64,000 bases of DNA. Source: Lingula anatina (lineage: Eukaryota > Animalia > Brachiopoda). Of the stretch, positions 1 through 12,100 are shown piece after piece. The stretch lies in NCBI GenBank assembly GCA_051362555.1, contig CM120642.1, positions 15,934,001 to 15,998,000 on the forward strand, written 5' to 3'. Below the pieces are notes generated by a model, which saw nothing but the letters and a program-made list of their open reading frames with translations, did no database searches and was not told the origin of the DNA. The stretch's first letter is position 1, and the number at the start of each line of letters is the position of its first letter. The translations under genes and the position numbers were made by a program.

Positions 1-2374
1 GAAACATACGAGATACATGCTGTGACCTTACAACATTATTTTCGATTGGCGAAGCGCTTTGTTTGTGGCTCAGTATATGCCTCGGTATTCGTGTAACAAA
101 CCGGTTCTCGTTCATTCTCAGCCCCGGCATTTTTTTATCAATTGATTTTAAGGCGACAGGTCATATTACTTTGAGGAATTTCCCTAAGGTCGTCATCACT
201 GGTCTAGTACTAGCATTTACATTGTACCAACCAAGCATATACTTACCGCCACTCTGCATTGAGAGTAGGGAGAAGAAAGCACTGTCAAAAAATGCATTAA
301 AAAGACAATATTTTTGAACTAGGTTTAATCCAGGTTAACAGTTACACATTCTGTGTATTTTTTTAACAATCAAAAATTGTTTAATAAGGTGACTTCATAA
401 CTACTGGTGTGACGTTTATTCGTGCCATTTTAAAAAGCCGTTTAGAAAGAAAATAGGAAGAATCAAGACACAGAGGTCAAAAGAAATCATAACACCCCAG
501 GACCAATGGATTGTCACCTTAATACTGACAATGACGATGATATACGATTAGTAAACTGAATGGGTTCACTGCATTCATTCCTCGCATATTTTTACTGTCA
601 CGGATGTACAGGTATATATATCTATTCGATAAGCAACGGAAGATACAATGCATGCACTGGGGTTACGTGCGTTGGCGTTAATGCTATTTTCCCTCTGAAT
701 AATAACTTTAGGAATGTCATCGAATGGCTATAAATAAATTGTTTTGGCTGTTTGATAAGTGATAGAATATACACTTGGAGGGGGCGGGGTCGTGTGTGGC
801 TTCAATCGACAGAATTCCCGCTAAAAAGTTTCTGTGCTTCTAACTTGGGTGATATTGATTGTCCTCCTTAATCTGTGCCACCAAAACTGTGTTAATATTG
901 ACAAATTAATAGCCAATACATCTCCCCGACCCGATGTTGTCATAATGGACACACTTCTGTGTCGGTAAATAGGTCACTTTGTGTGGCCGTCACAACGGAC
1001 AGTGGTCCGTTATATGACAACATAAGTCACCGTACACTGAAAACCGAGATACCGTGTCACGGAGTTTATAGAGTTACATCAACTGTGTAAAGAAGGCTAT
1101 CTTTGCGTTACGTACACGCTGCACCTTCTGTAGTCGGATTAAACAGATAAGGTGTGGTTCCGGGCTTACCGCTACTTGTTGTTTAGACATGAAGTAGGGC
1201 CCACTCTTCCTTGTTCGGTTTTAAACAGGCATTGTTTTCGTGTTTGTTTCGATTTACAATATATATACTAAGTATTCAGTTTTTATTTGATTTAATATGT
1301 CTCAATCCATCATTCGATGTGTTCGAATGACTGCATTTTGCTATTGAAATTCACTGGGTCCATCCTTCTGTGTATAGGCGTGCAGCCAATGCTAGATTAT
1401 TTGAGTAAGTCTTTGATAAATGTGGCACATACTCATAGAAGCAATATCAGTTATATTTCTCTCCTGAGTGAAGTGCTTCTGAGTGAAACTTATTCTTCTT
1501 CTTTCCCCACAGCTCTGCAGGTTTATTTAATCTTATTATAAAGCGTTGGAGGCAATCATCAAAACAGGAATAAAACCCAAGAGTGCTCGAAGGCATTTCA
1601 TAGTTCATTTAACTCAAAAATGGCTCTTACATAAATTACACAATACCAGATTATAAATCATTCGGAAAAGGCGGAAAGTCGTATTGTCACTTGTGTTCGT
1701 TTTATTGCAGTATGTTGGTTGGAAGTGGTTTCGGCTTTAATTTCCGAACGCCCGGTGTTAATGCAGATTTCGCATGAGACTCGGGAGGAATCACTTATAA
1801 CACTAGTGCCTGGATAGAAATAATTGTATAGCACATATTTATGGTTGTTTAAGCTTTCACGCGAGTGTGTATCAGTACATCTAAGCGTTGTATGAGGCTG
1901 CACGTGTCCCTTACTGATGTCAAACTGATGTACATGTACATGTTGTAGCTCGCTCCACTATACTGTATATAACAACAATTTGTCGTTTCGGTGAAATGGT
2001 GTCAGTATATGCGACATATGAATGAACGCATGATTATCAATATAAAAAAATTACTACATGCCGTCCACGGTTTATTTGAATTAAACACCATGACTACACG
2101 TTTTTTATTTCATTATTTCTAATATTTGATGGTAAGGAATATGACAGGATAATTTCGCATCGATAGAGTGACTGAAGGTGAACATGTAGAACGAGCACTG
2201 GGGTCAAAGGTCACCGTCAGTGATAACCCCCGATCAACCTGACAGAGAAATCAAATATTTACCTAGATAATTAGAATAAACACCCGGCTCTAACTGACTC
2301 ATAATTTAGTGTGTATTGCTGGAATGTATGCAGCGATGGCGTCAGAATACAAAGACTTTTGTAAAATCTTATTG

Positions 2375-2375
2375 T

Positions 2376-2410
<35 letters not shown>

Positions 2411-2412
2411 TT
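2375..2412. repeat. (TTTA)n microsatellite
   Basis: Direct reading. Confidence 0.9.
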
Positions 2413-4727
2413 CAATTTTTGCTTTAGATAAAGAATTTATCAGAAAATTGCCCTGCAATTGGTGACATTATTCTGTATTTCTGTACTCCTCGAAAAAGAG
2501 TTATCCCTGAATCCTTGCTAAGAGTTGAGTACGCCTAATGATATAGCGTTACAGCGTGAAAAGGGCCCGTAAACATTTAACTGTCGTTAAATCTCCAATA
2601 TAATAATCACATTATGAAACTCGACATCTAGGAAACCGTCAACACATCCATAACCCAAAACCAAAGTTGTCATATGCTGCACAGTAATAGCTAGACCCTA
2701 TAGCCCCTATCTGCCCTGGCATATCTAATTGTATCTTTATAAGGTTAAGTCGTTTATTTCAAGCACTGATGTTAAGAAATGCCGTTGCTCTGTATGTTCC
2801 TATAATCCAACCACTCAACTGACTTAAAGCGTACCATATTCAAGATCCGCATGACACATTAATAGCTATAAATACGCCCTACAACAGTCCTCCATTCTGT
2901 TGCTGTGTTGTCACATAGAGAAGATAAATCTTAAAACTGACATCCTAATGATTTTAATCACTTCATCTAAGATGAGGGATCTAACGTATTCATCTTCGAG
3001 TGCATCCCCGATTTCAAGTCACGAGAAAAATATATGTAGAGATAGATAAATGAGCATACACATTTACAAACTAAATTGATAGCATAAATATTCAGCAATA
3101 TATTCCAGAGCTGTATTGGTACATGTATGTATTTTTTTTACTTCATTAATTATGCATTTTCTCCACATTTTTACATAAATCAGCCCTCTGATTCAAAAGA
3201 GCTTTAAACAAATAATTATTCATAAATCGCTTTTTACCGAGTCTATGTACTTTGGACTCAAATTCTCACAGGTTCGGATGATACTGAAAACAGGATACTG
3301 TAGAATATCACTGGAGAATCTCAAAAGCATTGCATATAATCGCAAGTATGAAGTTGGTACAATTCATTCCGTTTAACAAATTTATTGTTATTTCGTCAAC
3401 TCTGATATATATCGGTAATACAATGTAGGTTGTTGAAATTAGTGTTGTTTTGCCTCAACCGTCCACAGTTTTTAAAAGCAGTAACATTGTCACACTGGCG
3501 ATAAACTTGTATAATGAGTCCACATGAATATTTACGAAAGCTTTAAATGTGAGGATATTGCAGAAACGTATCACATTTGCAGCAGGCAATAACTGGTTTA
3601 TAAAATCTACGCTTGCGAGGTAAAGCTGCATTTACACTTAGCGAATTGGATCAAGCTCGAACCAAATGCATCCACGAATCGAAAGATATTTGGTATACTG
3701 TGGTCTACATAAGAACACATATACGATTTGCATATTCATCCTATGGTAGGTTTAGTTATAATTGCACTCAACAAATCGAACCAGGCTCCAACCTAGTGGC
3801 AAATTTCGGGAGATAAAAGGAAACTCAATTAAAACCTGCTTTCAGCAAGTTGCTTTTGGGTTACAAGTAGAAAGTTGTTAAGGTGAAACTGCTCACTTGC
3901 TGTGGCCAAAAATTTTAAGAAGTAAAACATTTATGTAGGCCCCCTTTTTAAGTGTCTTATAGCTACCGACTGATGCATTTCAGGGGGGCACAAAGATTCT
4001 TTGCTGTGGCTCTAGTTTCCAGTCTGAACTGTGGTTCGTTTCGTATATTAATCTCTCTGTAAATACTACAACGATGACATTTTCTTCCTATCTTAAGATA
4101 TGTGGAGTGCTGGCTGTCTGAATATGAGTGAACGTGTAGGCGTATCGCTGTACCCGTCTCACCGGTTAAAAGGTAAATGTTGTCCCATGTTGTCAGATAG
4201 TAAATGGAGATAGCAGAGGCCCGCCACTTTGTCTACCGGTAGCCGCTGGCTTCCGCTTCACCCCCCCCCTCCCAAATAAAAAACAAGAAAAAAAGAAAGA
4301 GAGAGAGGGCACTTTTAAGGTCCTAGGATGATGATATTCTGCAGGTGCACAAATGACGAAATATATGCCACAACTAATTGATACATCCAGCAAAAGTGTG
4401 TATTATTTTAAAGGAAGAGACGAAAAACGTTACAATATATACACCTGTAGTCAAGTGGTTCAGAAAATTCGGTGTAGCATTGTTTCATTAAAACGCACCC
4501 ATTACCATAAAGGATCTGTTAAATATCTCAAAATTGTGTGATAAGATATTGGATTTTTCCAGGGAAAAGTTATAGAAGATAACACTATGTAGAGGGTATA
4601 TTATTCCTCTCTCTCTCTCTCTGACTGAAATGACCAAGTCCTACTAATACTTTCTACAAGATGTGTTCAAGCTGTTACAAAATTGTATGATACATAGGGC
4701 CTACAATTTTGAAGAAGCTAGAGGACC

Positions 4728-4897
4728 CAGACCCGTAGCCAGCAATTTTTCAAAAGGGGCAGTTCTTTTTCTGAAAAAGTGGACCTTTTACCACGAGAAC
4801 TTCGTGTACCCACATAACATTTTACCCAGAGGGGACCTTTTTCCCACCGAAAGGGGGTTCATTCAAACCCCCCGACCCCCCCTTGGCTACAGACATG
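4728..4897. mobile_element. MITE with CAG(G/A)CCCGTAGCCAG-type TIRs and 5-bp TSD GGACC
   Basis: Degenerate TIRs, GGACC on both flanks, homologous (opposite orientation) to 23946-24112. Confidence 0.75.
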
Positions 4898-5612
4898 GGA
4901 CCTCTACTAAAGATCAACCTTTCGATCACCGTCTGGTCCTTTTGGTCAGTGACGCCCTTGGCTATCAGTTCAGCCATCGGTCAGCACGCTACGTCCAGCT
5001 ACATTGACACAGCTCCACCTTTATTAAATATATAATCATATATGCTGTCCCACGCTAATGGCACGTGCTAACGACGAGGAGAGGTGAATAAAGCATTAAA
5101 TGAGCCCTGTAGGCGTTAAGACTGGAGGGGTATTGAGAATAGTTTTATTTGAGTTTGTCACGTTACAGATTCATTATTTGTTGCAATAGCCCAGTGGTTT
5201 TCAATTCAAAACAAGCCAGTAGCAGAATCCTCGTGGTTACAAAGCGGTTCATATCCCATTTGAATTAATCAACGTGTTTGTGGCCTGCCCGCTCTCATTA
5301 TTTCCCCTGGACACCTACCCTCTGATGTCAGGAGCCTCTAAAATGCATGAAAACAGTATACAACTGAAACAATTTTGTAACAGACTAATAGCGCACCCTG
5401 TGGTCAGAGAGTAAGCAGCCACACGCGCCATTACTTAATAGCACAACTTTAAAAATAATACAGTGCACCTTGGGCCAATCAAACAACCTACGGTTCCTAG
5501 ACAGTTTATAGGAAATATGTAAACTGCGTTTTGGGGTGGATTTTACCGCGACTAGTAGACTGGTAAACTCCCTTGATACTGACCTATCGATATTCTGCAT
5601 CATAGTTTACAT

Positions 5613-5759
5613 ATTTCACTTACTGTAATTAACTAATCAGACAAATGTTTTATCAATCATATCTCTATCAGCTGGGGGTGTCATATATTTCACTTGCTGT
5701 TATTAACTTATCAGACAAATATTTTGTCAATCATAACGCTGTTAGCTGGGGGTGTCATA
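5613..5759. repeat. ~75-bp tandem duplication
   Basis: TTTCACTT...TCAGACAAAT...AGCTGGGGGTGTCATA occurs twice. Confidence 0.8.
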
Positions 5760-5945
5760 CAACTGGTTCAGTTAGATGGTCACTTCCAGAATGATGTAAA
5801 CCCAAATACTTAACGTAATATTGGCACTGTTTCGCTGTCAACGGACAACAATGTAATTACTGCCTTGCGATAAGCAGCCTGCTAAGAATGTGCTGCTGAA
5901 CAACATGTTGCCGTATGAAATTTGACATTTATCCCCTCACGTGGA

Positions 5946-6350
5946 AGATTTTCTACGTAACTCCTAGATTACCATAGGGAAGACACCCCCAGGTGTATGA
6001 TAAGTCCTGGATGGTTGATGACATAACAGACAGGGTTACACAGTAGGTAATCAGTTGGACGGTTTTTAGAATCAACCAAGTCGCCCATACCGGTACACAT
6101 TTGGCCTACATATAACGTTTTACGCGCCTAAATCACATTGTAGATTTTCAACGTAACTCCTAGATTACATGTAGACCCTACCACAGGTGGAGTCACAGTT
6201 TATGACGGGTTTGCGATTGTTTGTGGCATGACAGAAAGGGACAACCTGGGTATACAGTATCTAATCATTTCAATTCAATTCATTTTGATCAGATCTGATG
6301 GTTTTCAGAATCAACCAAGGTACCCCTACCGGTAAACACTTGGGCGTCAA
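5946..6350. repeat. Diverged ~200-240-bp tandem duplication
   Basis: ACGTAACTCCTAGATTAC and AGAATCAACCAAG...TACCGGTA each occur twice in order. Confidence 0.7.
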
Positions 6351-9077
6351 AACCTTATATTCGTCCTAGATGCACAATACAACAGCAGGTTGTCAAGAGT
6401 ACATGTATATTCAAGGTGTGCATTTGATTCTTTTTTCTATACATTAACGAGGACCACCTCAAAAGACGTGCTTCGGTTCCCACGCCACCATCATTTCAGC
6501 ACCTGACACTGATACACATGTATTAGTAAATAGTATCACATAGAGGGCTGATCTTTGTTTAAAGAGGACTGTCAAAGTGACAAATTTGCATGCTGGATGT
6601 AATGTTACTTCCTCAATTACCGGCATCCGTCAACAATGGTGGTACATGTACATGTAGCTATCGTATACCTTAACCGTCTTCTGGTGTTACATCTAAATGA
6701 TACAGTAACTGCCTGGATGTTGATGTTAATTCCTGTGACCTTACAACAAGTGGTCAGGTGTGGGCAGGTGGTCTTTGTGAAAAAGTGGATGCTTAAGGCG
6801 CTGTGACCTGTATGATCTCCACCTTTGTGTGTGAGAAAATAATGACAAAATCGTTTTAAGCGATCATAATCAGAAAATGGTTACGAGGGTGTATGCGTGG
6901 GGTAGACAGCTTCTTAGAAAAATGTAACGACGAGAGGGCGTTGGGATCGTTAATGCTTATTGTTTAGAATAGGGATTTCCGTAAGAAAAGTGCTTAAACA
7001 TATCAGCCTTACCTTTATACCATACGAAACCATACCATCTCATTATAACATCATGCTAACACAATCAAGCCACTTATAAAAAAAAAACACCCACTGAAAT
7101 CTGTATTGTTTGAGGGAAAATAACGTGTGAAAATTACGCCATAGAAGCATTGCTTTAATCCCATCCCTACGCTGATAACTACATGTAAGTATATGTAAAA
7201 AGTTCACTTCACTGTCCTCGCATACTGCTAGAATGCAGCCTTAAACACAGAACATGAATCAATGTCTCCTTATGCTATCCCATCTAGGAACACATTGTGC
7301 GTTCCTTTCATATCAGGTATATTTAAAGTGTTCCCACCTTAATGTATCACCATGCCTGTATTTTAGTGAACATCCACTTTACTGTAGTAATCTGTTGGAT
7401 TCTTTAGACCTACACGCTGTATTTTCGGTTACACAATAAAAGTCTGCAATTTATGACATTGATATCTATCTTTAATCAGCATTACAGACGTCCATATCTA
7501 TGTTAAATATGTTTTATTATAACATTAGCCTTGTAATAGCCTTAATTTGTGTTGTGACACGTATTTAATCTTCTTCTGGCGTTCACCATTGCCATTGAAT
7601 GAATGCTATTGCAGACATTTATTGTCATCTCTGAGTATGTAGGAATTTTTACTTGATGCCGCGCCTCATCATGGTGATCTCTTAAAAAACGCAACCCTTT
7701 GCTTGTTCTATTCATACAAATATAATGGCGAAAGAATAGGCCGATGGTACTATCAAAGCCTGACTCATTTTGGACTGTCTGCACCATCAGCTATGAAAAG
7801 CATGGAGATCCCTGAATATAGCAGAAGGAACAAAGGATAATGTTGTGCTCAACATATCTAGTTGTATTTAATTAGCAAAAAAATATATATATTTTTTTTT
7901 TAATATGTTTTCACATTACTTGTCACATTTGCATTTATGTATAGATGTTGCGAGACATCGGTGGTGCCATGGATGTTTAAAAATGGATAGCAATATCTAA
8001 TCATCCTCCCTGTTTTAATCTAAAAGTGCAGGCATGAAATATGCATTCTATATATTGCTTCCGTGAATAAAGGTTTTCCGCAGTTTCAATAATTTAAAAA
8101 GTGCTGTGACAGTATTTCTAAGTCGGGTTGTTTTGATCAATACCGCCTCTCTTCAACTATATTTTTCCTCTCCCTTTTCGTTATTTAGATTGGAACATAA
8201 TGGTTTACGTTCTTGCATGGTTTCACTTTAAAGAAAACACTCCCCAGATTAATAGAATCTCCTTTAAAAAATCCTCATCTGAGTGCTTAGCACTGTCCCC
8301 GAGATCCAGGTAGGGCCTCATTCAATTGAGAGTGTGACCTTTATTCTATTCACGTACATTATCATTATATTTCTATATTAAAAACCAGCATTCTGAATCT
8401 GTGCGTCTGAGTTATCAGGAATATAACCCATCAGTAATGGTTTGGCATAGGGGATCTGTCCTATTTTCTCTGTTTACCTTTTATTTGTTTGTTTTTGTAA
8501 ATTTTTTAACCTAATACGATTGGCGTCGTCTCCGTTTCGAATTTGTGACATTCCTGAGTAATGTACATTTGCATAGCAGCACGTTCTCGTGATGAAGCAA
8601 GCAGAGTTCTGCTCACACAAAACACGAAATTTTAGTCATCTAAAATGTAACACGATATTTATCCTGAGAAAATATCAGACCAGGAATCGACTTAAATGAT
8701 GTCACGAATCGACCCGACTAGTTTTGTACAAGAAGGTCTCACTCTGTGTAGGGTTTTTGTTGACAACATTTAGGCAGATGTTTGGTGACAATAAGGAACG
8801 CAGCTTAAGATGGGCGGGGCATGTGACAGTCACAAGCCGAAGCTGACACAAATAAACCAGTAAATCAAAAACTGTAGGCTAACAAAACGCAAATGCACGC
8901 GATTTGTGAAGTGAGAAATATCAAATAACCACCCAGATAAGATGTGATGAGAGTTTTCCGGGGTGTTGTTATATTCAAAGGTGTTATCTACTTGACTGGT
9001 GCCATCACATAGACGTCAAATATATGCACGCGTACTTGTATGTGTTTTATACGAGGGATAGTTTTCTTCCTGGACAT

Positions 9078-9108
<31 letters not shown>

Positions 9109-12100
9109 TTCAATACAGAATGAAAATGAAGCACGTTTAAATCATACACATTGTAACAATAAGAAGAGAAAAACATTTCAGTTCTACCATAGACACCATT
9201 TTCACCCGATAAACTGAGCAATGTGCATTGTAGTAACTAGATAGGACTCCCCATGTTGTTTGCCGTGTTTTATTATGCTAACAGTGTTGTATAATGGATA
9301 ATGTAGCACCTGATCTTGTCGAGCTTTGTGCTGTAACAAATCGACAGAAATGCACAATACATCACATCGCGTTAGCAGACCATGAGCAGTTGAACTGACG
9401 AGGGCATCGGCTTCCTGTCACTTGAAACGTATGATTAAGGCCGGGAAAAGATCAAACATGTGTAACAGATACGGTGTACACAGAATACCTTCATAGAATA
9501 CCTACATAGAATACCTTCGCAAACAAAAATATAGATCAATTTTAGTGAATATTATACGTGTCCCAGACTATATATGTAGCTATTGACCCCCATCTGCTAG
9601 CTGGAATGTTCATACTCTAGAATGTTTGTCTTTTCGAAGCGAGTGAAAACGAATAGTAGAGATTAGGCAGTATTAAGATATATGTGGAGACATATAGGTT
9701 GTAAAGTTAACATTGAGCAGCCAAAACATTATAAGACTAGCTCTTCATCCTCCAGTTGCCTAGAGTATAGGGGGATTTTTATTTACACTAGACTCGAGCA
9801 CGGCCTGCTCTCACGCAAAGACAACGTTAACCCGAACCCAGCATTTTTAGCCTTTGAAACTGATGTACAGGTACTTGTATCTTTGACCTTTTGACCATTA
9901 TTGTGTGAACGTTATTAATGTTGCAGCGTCGTTCCTTTATTAAACACCTCCATTGTTAAGAAATGTAACGCACCTGATATAACTTTTCTTCATGGTTATT
10001 CACATCCCATATTGCTTTGTATTAATAGATGCATATATCATGAATTAATTAGTGAGATATTAATGAAAACGCCATTTAAGAGTCTTCAAAACACCACAAC
10101 GCCCCTCTTATATTTCAAGAGGATCAAGTAATCACAACACGATTATACTTGACTTATATATTAACACCTGCTGCCCTCTTCGTATTCGTTAAACTATTGC
10201 GAATGAGAAATAGACCTTTTTGTAACTTGCAGCAACGTTGGACACGTACAAAAAAACCACCAAACCACAGGCTGGTTTCCGACTAATGATTTTCCAATGA
10301 GATTTTAAGAGCCTGCGAAGCATTAGCTAATTACTAGGAACCAGTAGTTGCATCCACTGTGCCAGGGAGGCTCAGGTGCATTTGTCGAGAAAACTAATCT
10401 TTTGAGAGCAATGAAAATATTTTTATAAAAAAAATAATAACAAACATCCGTGACTCTTTAGGGTGGATGGAAAGTCTTACACTCAGTTCACAGAGATTAG
10501 AAACCTTAGAATTAACCTACAAGAAATTGGCACCAACAGTGGCTCAACGCTTTCACCACTAATTTTTCTCTTTCTGTGTACATCATTGCTTGAGAATAAC
10601 AGTTTCAATGTATGTGTTGAAACAGCTGTGCTATCTTCACCCCATATGCCAGCTAGGGGCACCTGTATTTGCAGTTGACATCATTACACGTACCAATGTT
10701 CCTAAATTCCCGCAGGTCCAGCTGTTAGTTGAGAGATCCGCTTCTCCTCCATAAAAAGTCATATTTAAGCATGTTCAAAAACATATGTTGCGCGTGCTTG
10801 GGATGAAGCATCTTTTCTAATAGCTATGCTGTGACACATTGCAGAAAAATCATTTTTACAGGTGTAAAAAATTCGGGAAATAAGTTCGAATAAAGTATCA
10901 GAGCGAAAGTCTTAGTCCAAGCTTTCGACATTCAGGAAACATTTTAAAAGCTATAGTTTGGCATATGAGTTTTACTATTTTGTTTTCTCATTTCGTGAAA
11001 AAGAGGTTCGTTTTGGTGTCTGGTAAGAGTTAGCCATAGGAAGGTTTGACAAATCTTTACAATGATTTGAATAACGCAATTTTGAATGATGCAGTGAATG
11101 ATTTTGTGTATGTAATTTTATCCATTAACTTTCTAAAAGCGCGCTATGCATTGAATGCAATGACATTTAATAGTATTATTTATTGTGGACACAAATTAGA
11201 TTCCCTGGAATACGTGTTAAGACAAACCTATGGCCCTCCGCTTACTTTGCTTTGTTCGGAACTGTAACTACCCTTTTGAAGAATATGTCATCAGCGTCCA
11301 TACTTGCAACTGTAGTGCAAGGGTTTCAGTCACAGATTACTGAATGAAATCTGAGCACAAGCTTCGAGATTGCCAGAAGGTGGATGTGCTGAAACCGATA
11401 TATCATTAAACGACAACACGTTAGTTTCATGATTTCCAGCAGTCACGGCACTGGCGTGTGGTTGCAGTATAGGTATTATTAGCCTACAATGGTACTGTAC
11501 CAAAGCATGGTTGCCATGGTGTCATCTAGGCAAGGTACTATAGTTGTTGTCACCCAGTCAAAGTATCAAGGCATGGCTGACATGATGCCAACTCGACAGA
11601 GCGCCAAAATATAATTTTAACCAGTCAATTTATTGACAATATCATATGTTTCACTCCAACCCCCTTCTAAGGAACATATATGAGCAGAAGCCCCCGCTTT
11701 TATGAAAAACTATAGTCAGGTCATAACTATTATATTATATTTTACTACCTGTATTTCTGGAAAGGATGCGAGAGACATTGCGCACACACGGTTATTTTAT
11801 AAAGAAGTGCCTGTCTGTGCATTACTAACATAGCGACAGACCGATACAGCTGGAAGTTCCAGGGGATATTGATATTTTAGACACTTCCGTCTTGAAACCT
11901 CTGTTACGCACGGTGTCCTGCAGGAAATTCTACATAACAGTACCATTGTTGGGCAGATTTTGTTTTGATGCTCTAGTGTTCTTTCCCGTTTGCATCCATG
12001 TTTTACTTTGTTTGCGTGATATGTCAGCGCGTTAACGTACCAATCCGAGGAGATGACATTTTACCGAGTATTCTTGGAAATCCAACGCACTTCAGGATGT

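Noticed and set aside
6700-6812. Possible degenerate Tc1/pogo-type MITE end (AGGTGGTC repeats ending in CTGTA)
   Set aside because: Too decayed to define TIRs or a TSD
9223-9240. GTGCATTGTAGT, resembling the 5' part of miR-33 (also a miR-2-like seed near 58634)
   Set aside because: Only a partial match and no pre-miRNA hairpin
9792-9870. Exon-like segment (ag|ACTCGAG...GTACAG|gtactt)
   Set aside because: The open frame ends in phase 0, incompatible with the phase-1 INF2 exon at 16448, and it shows no INF2 similarity
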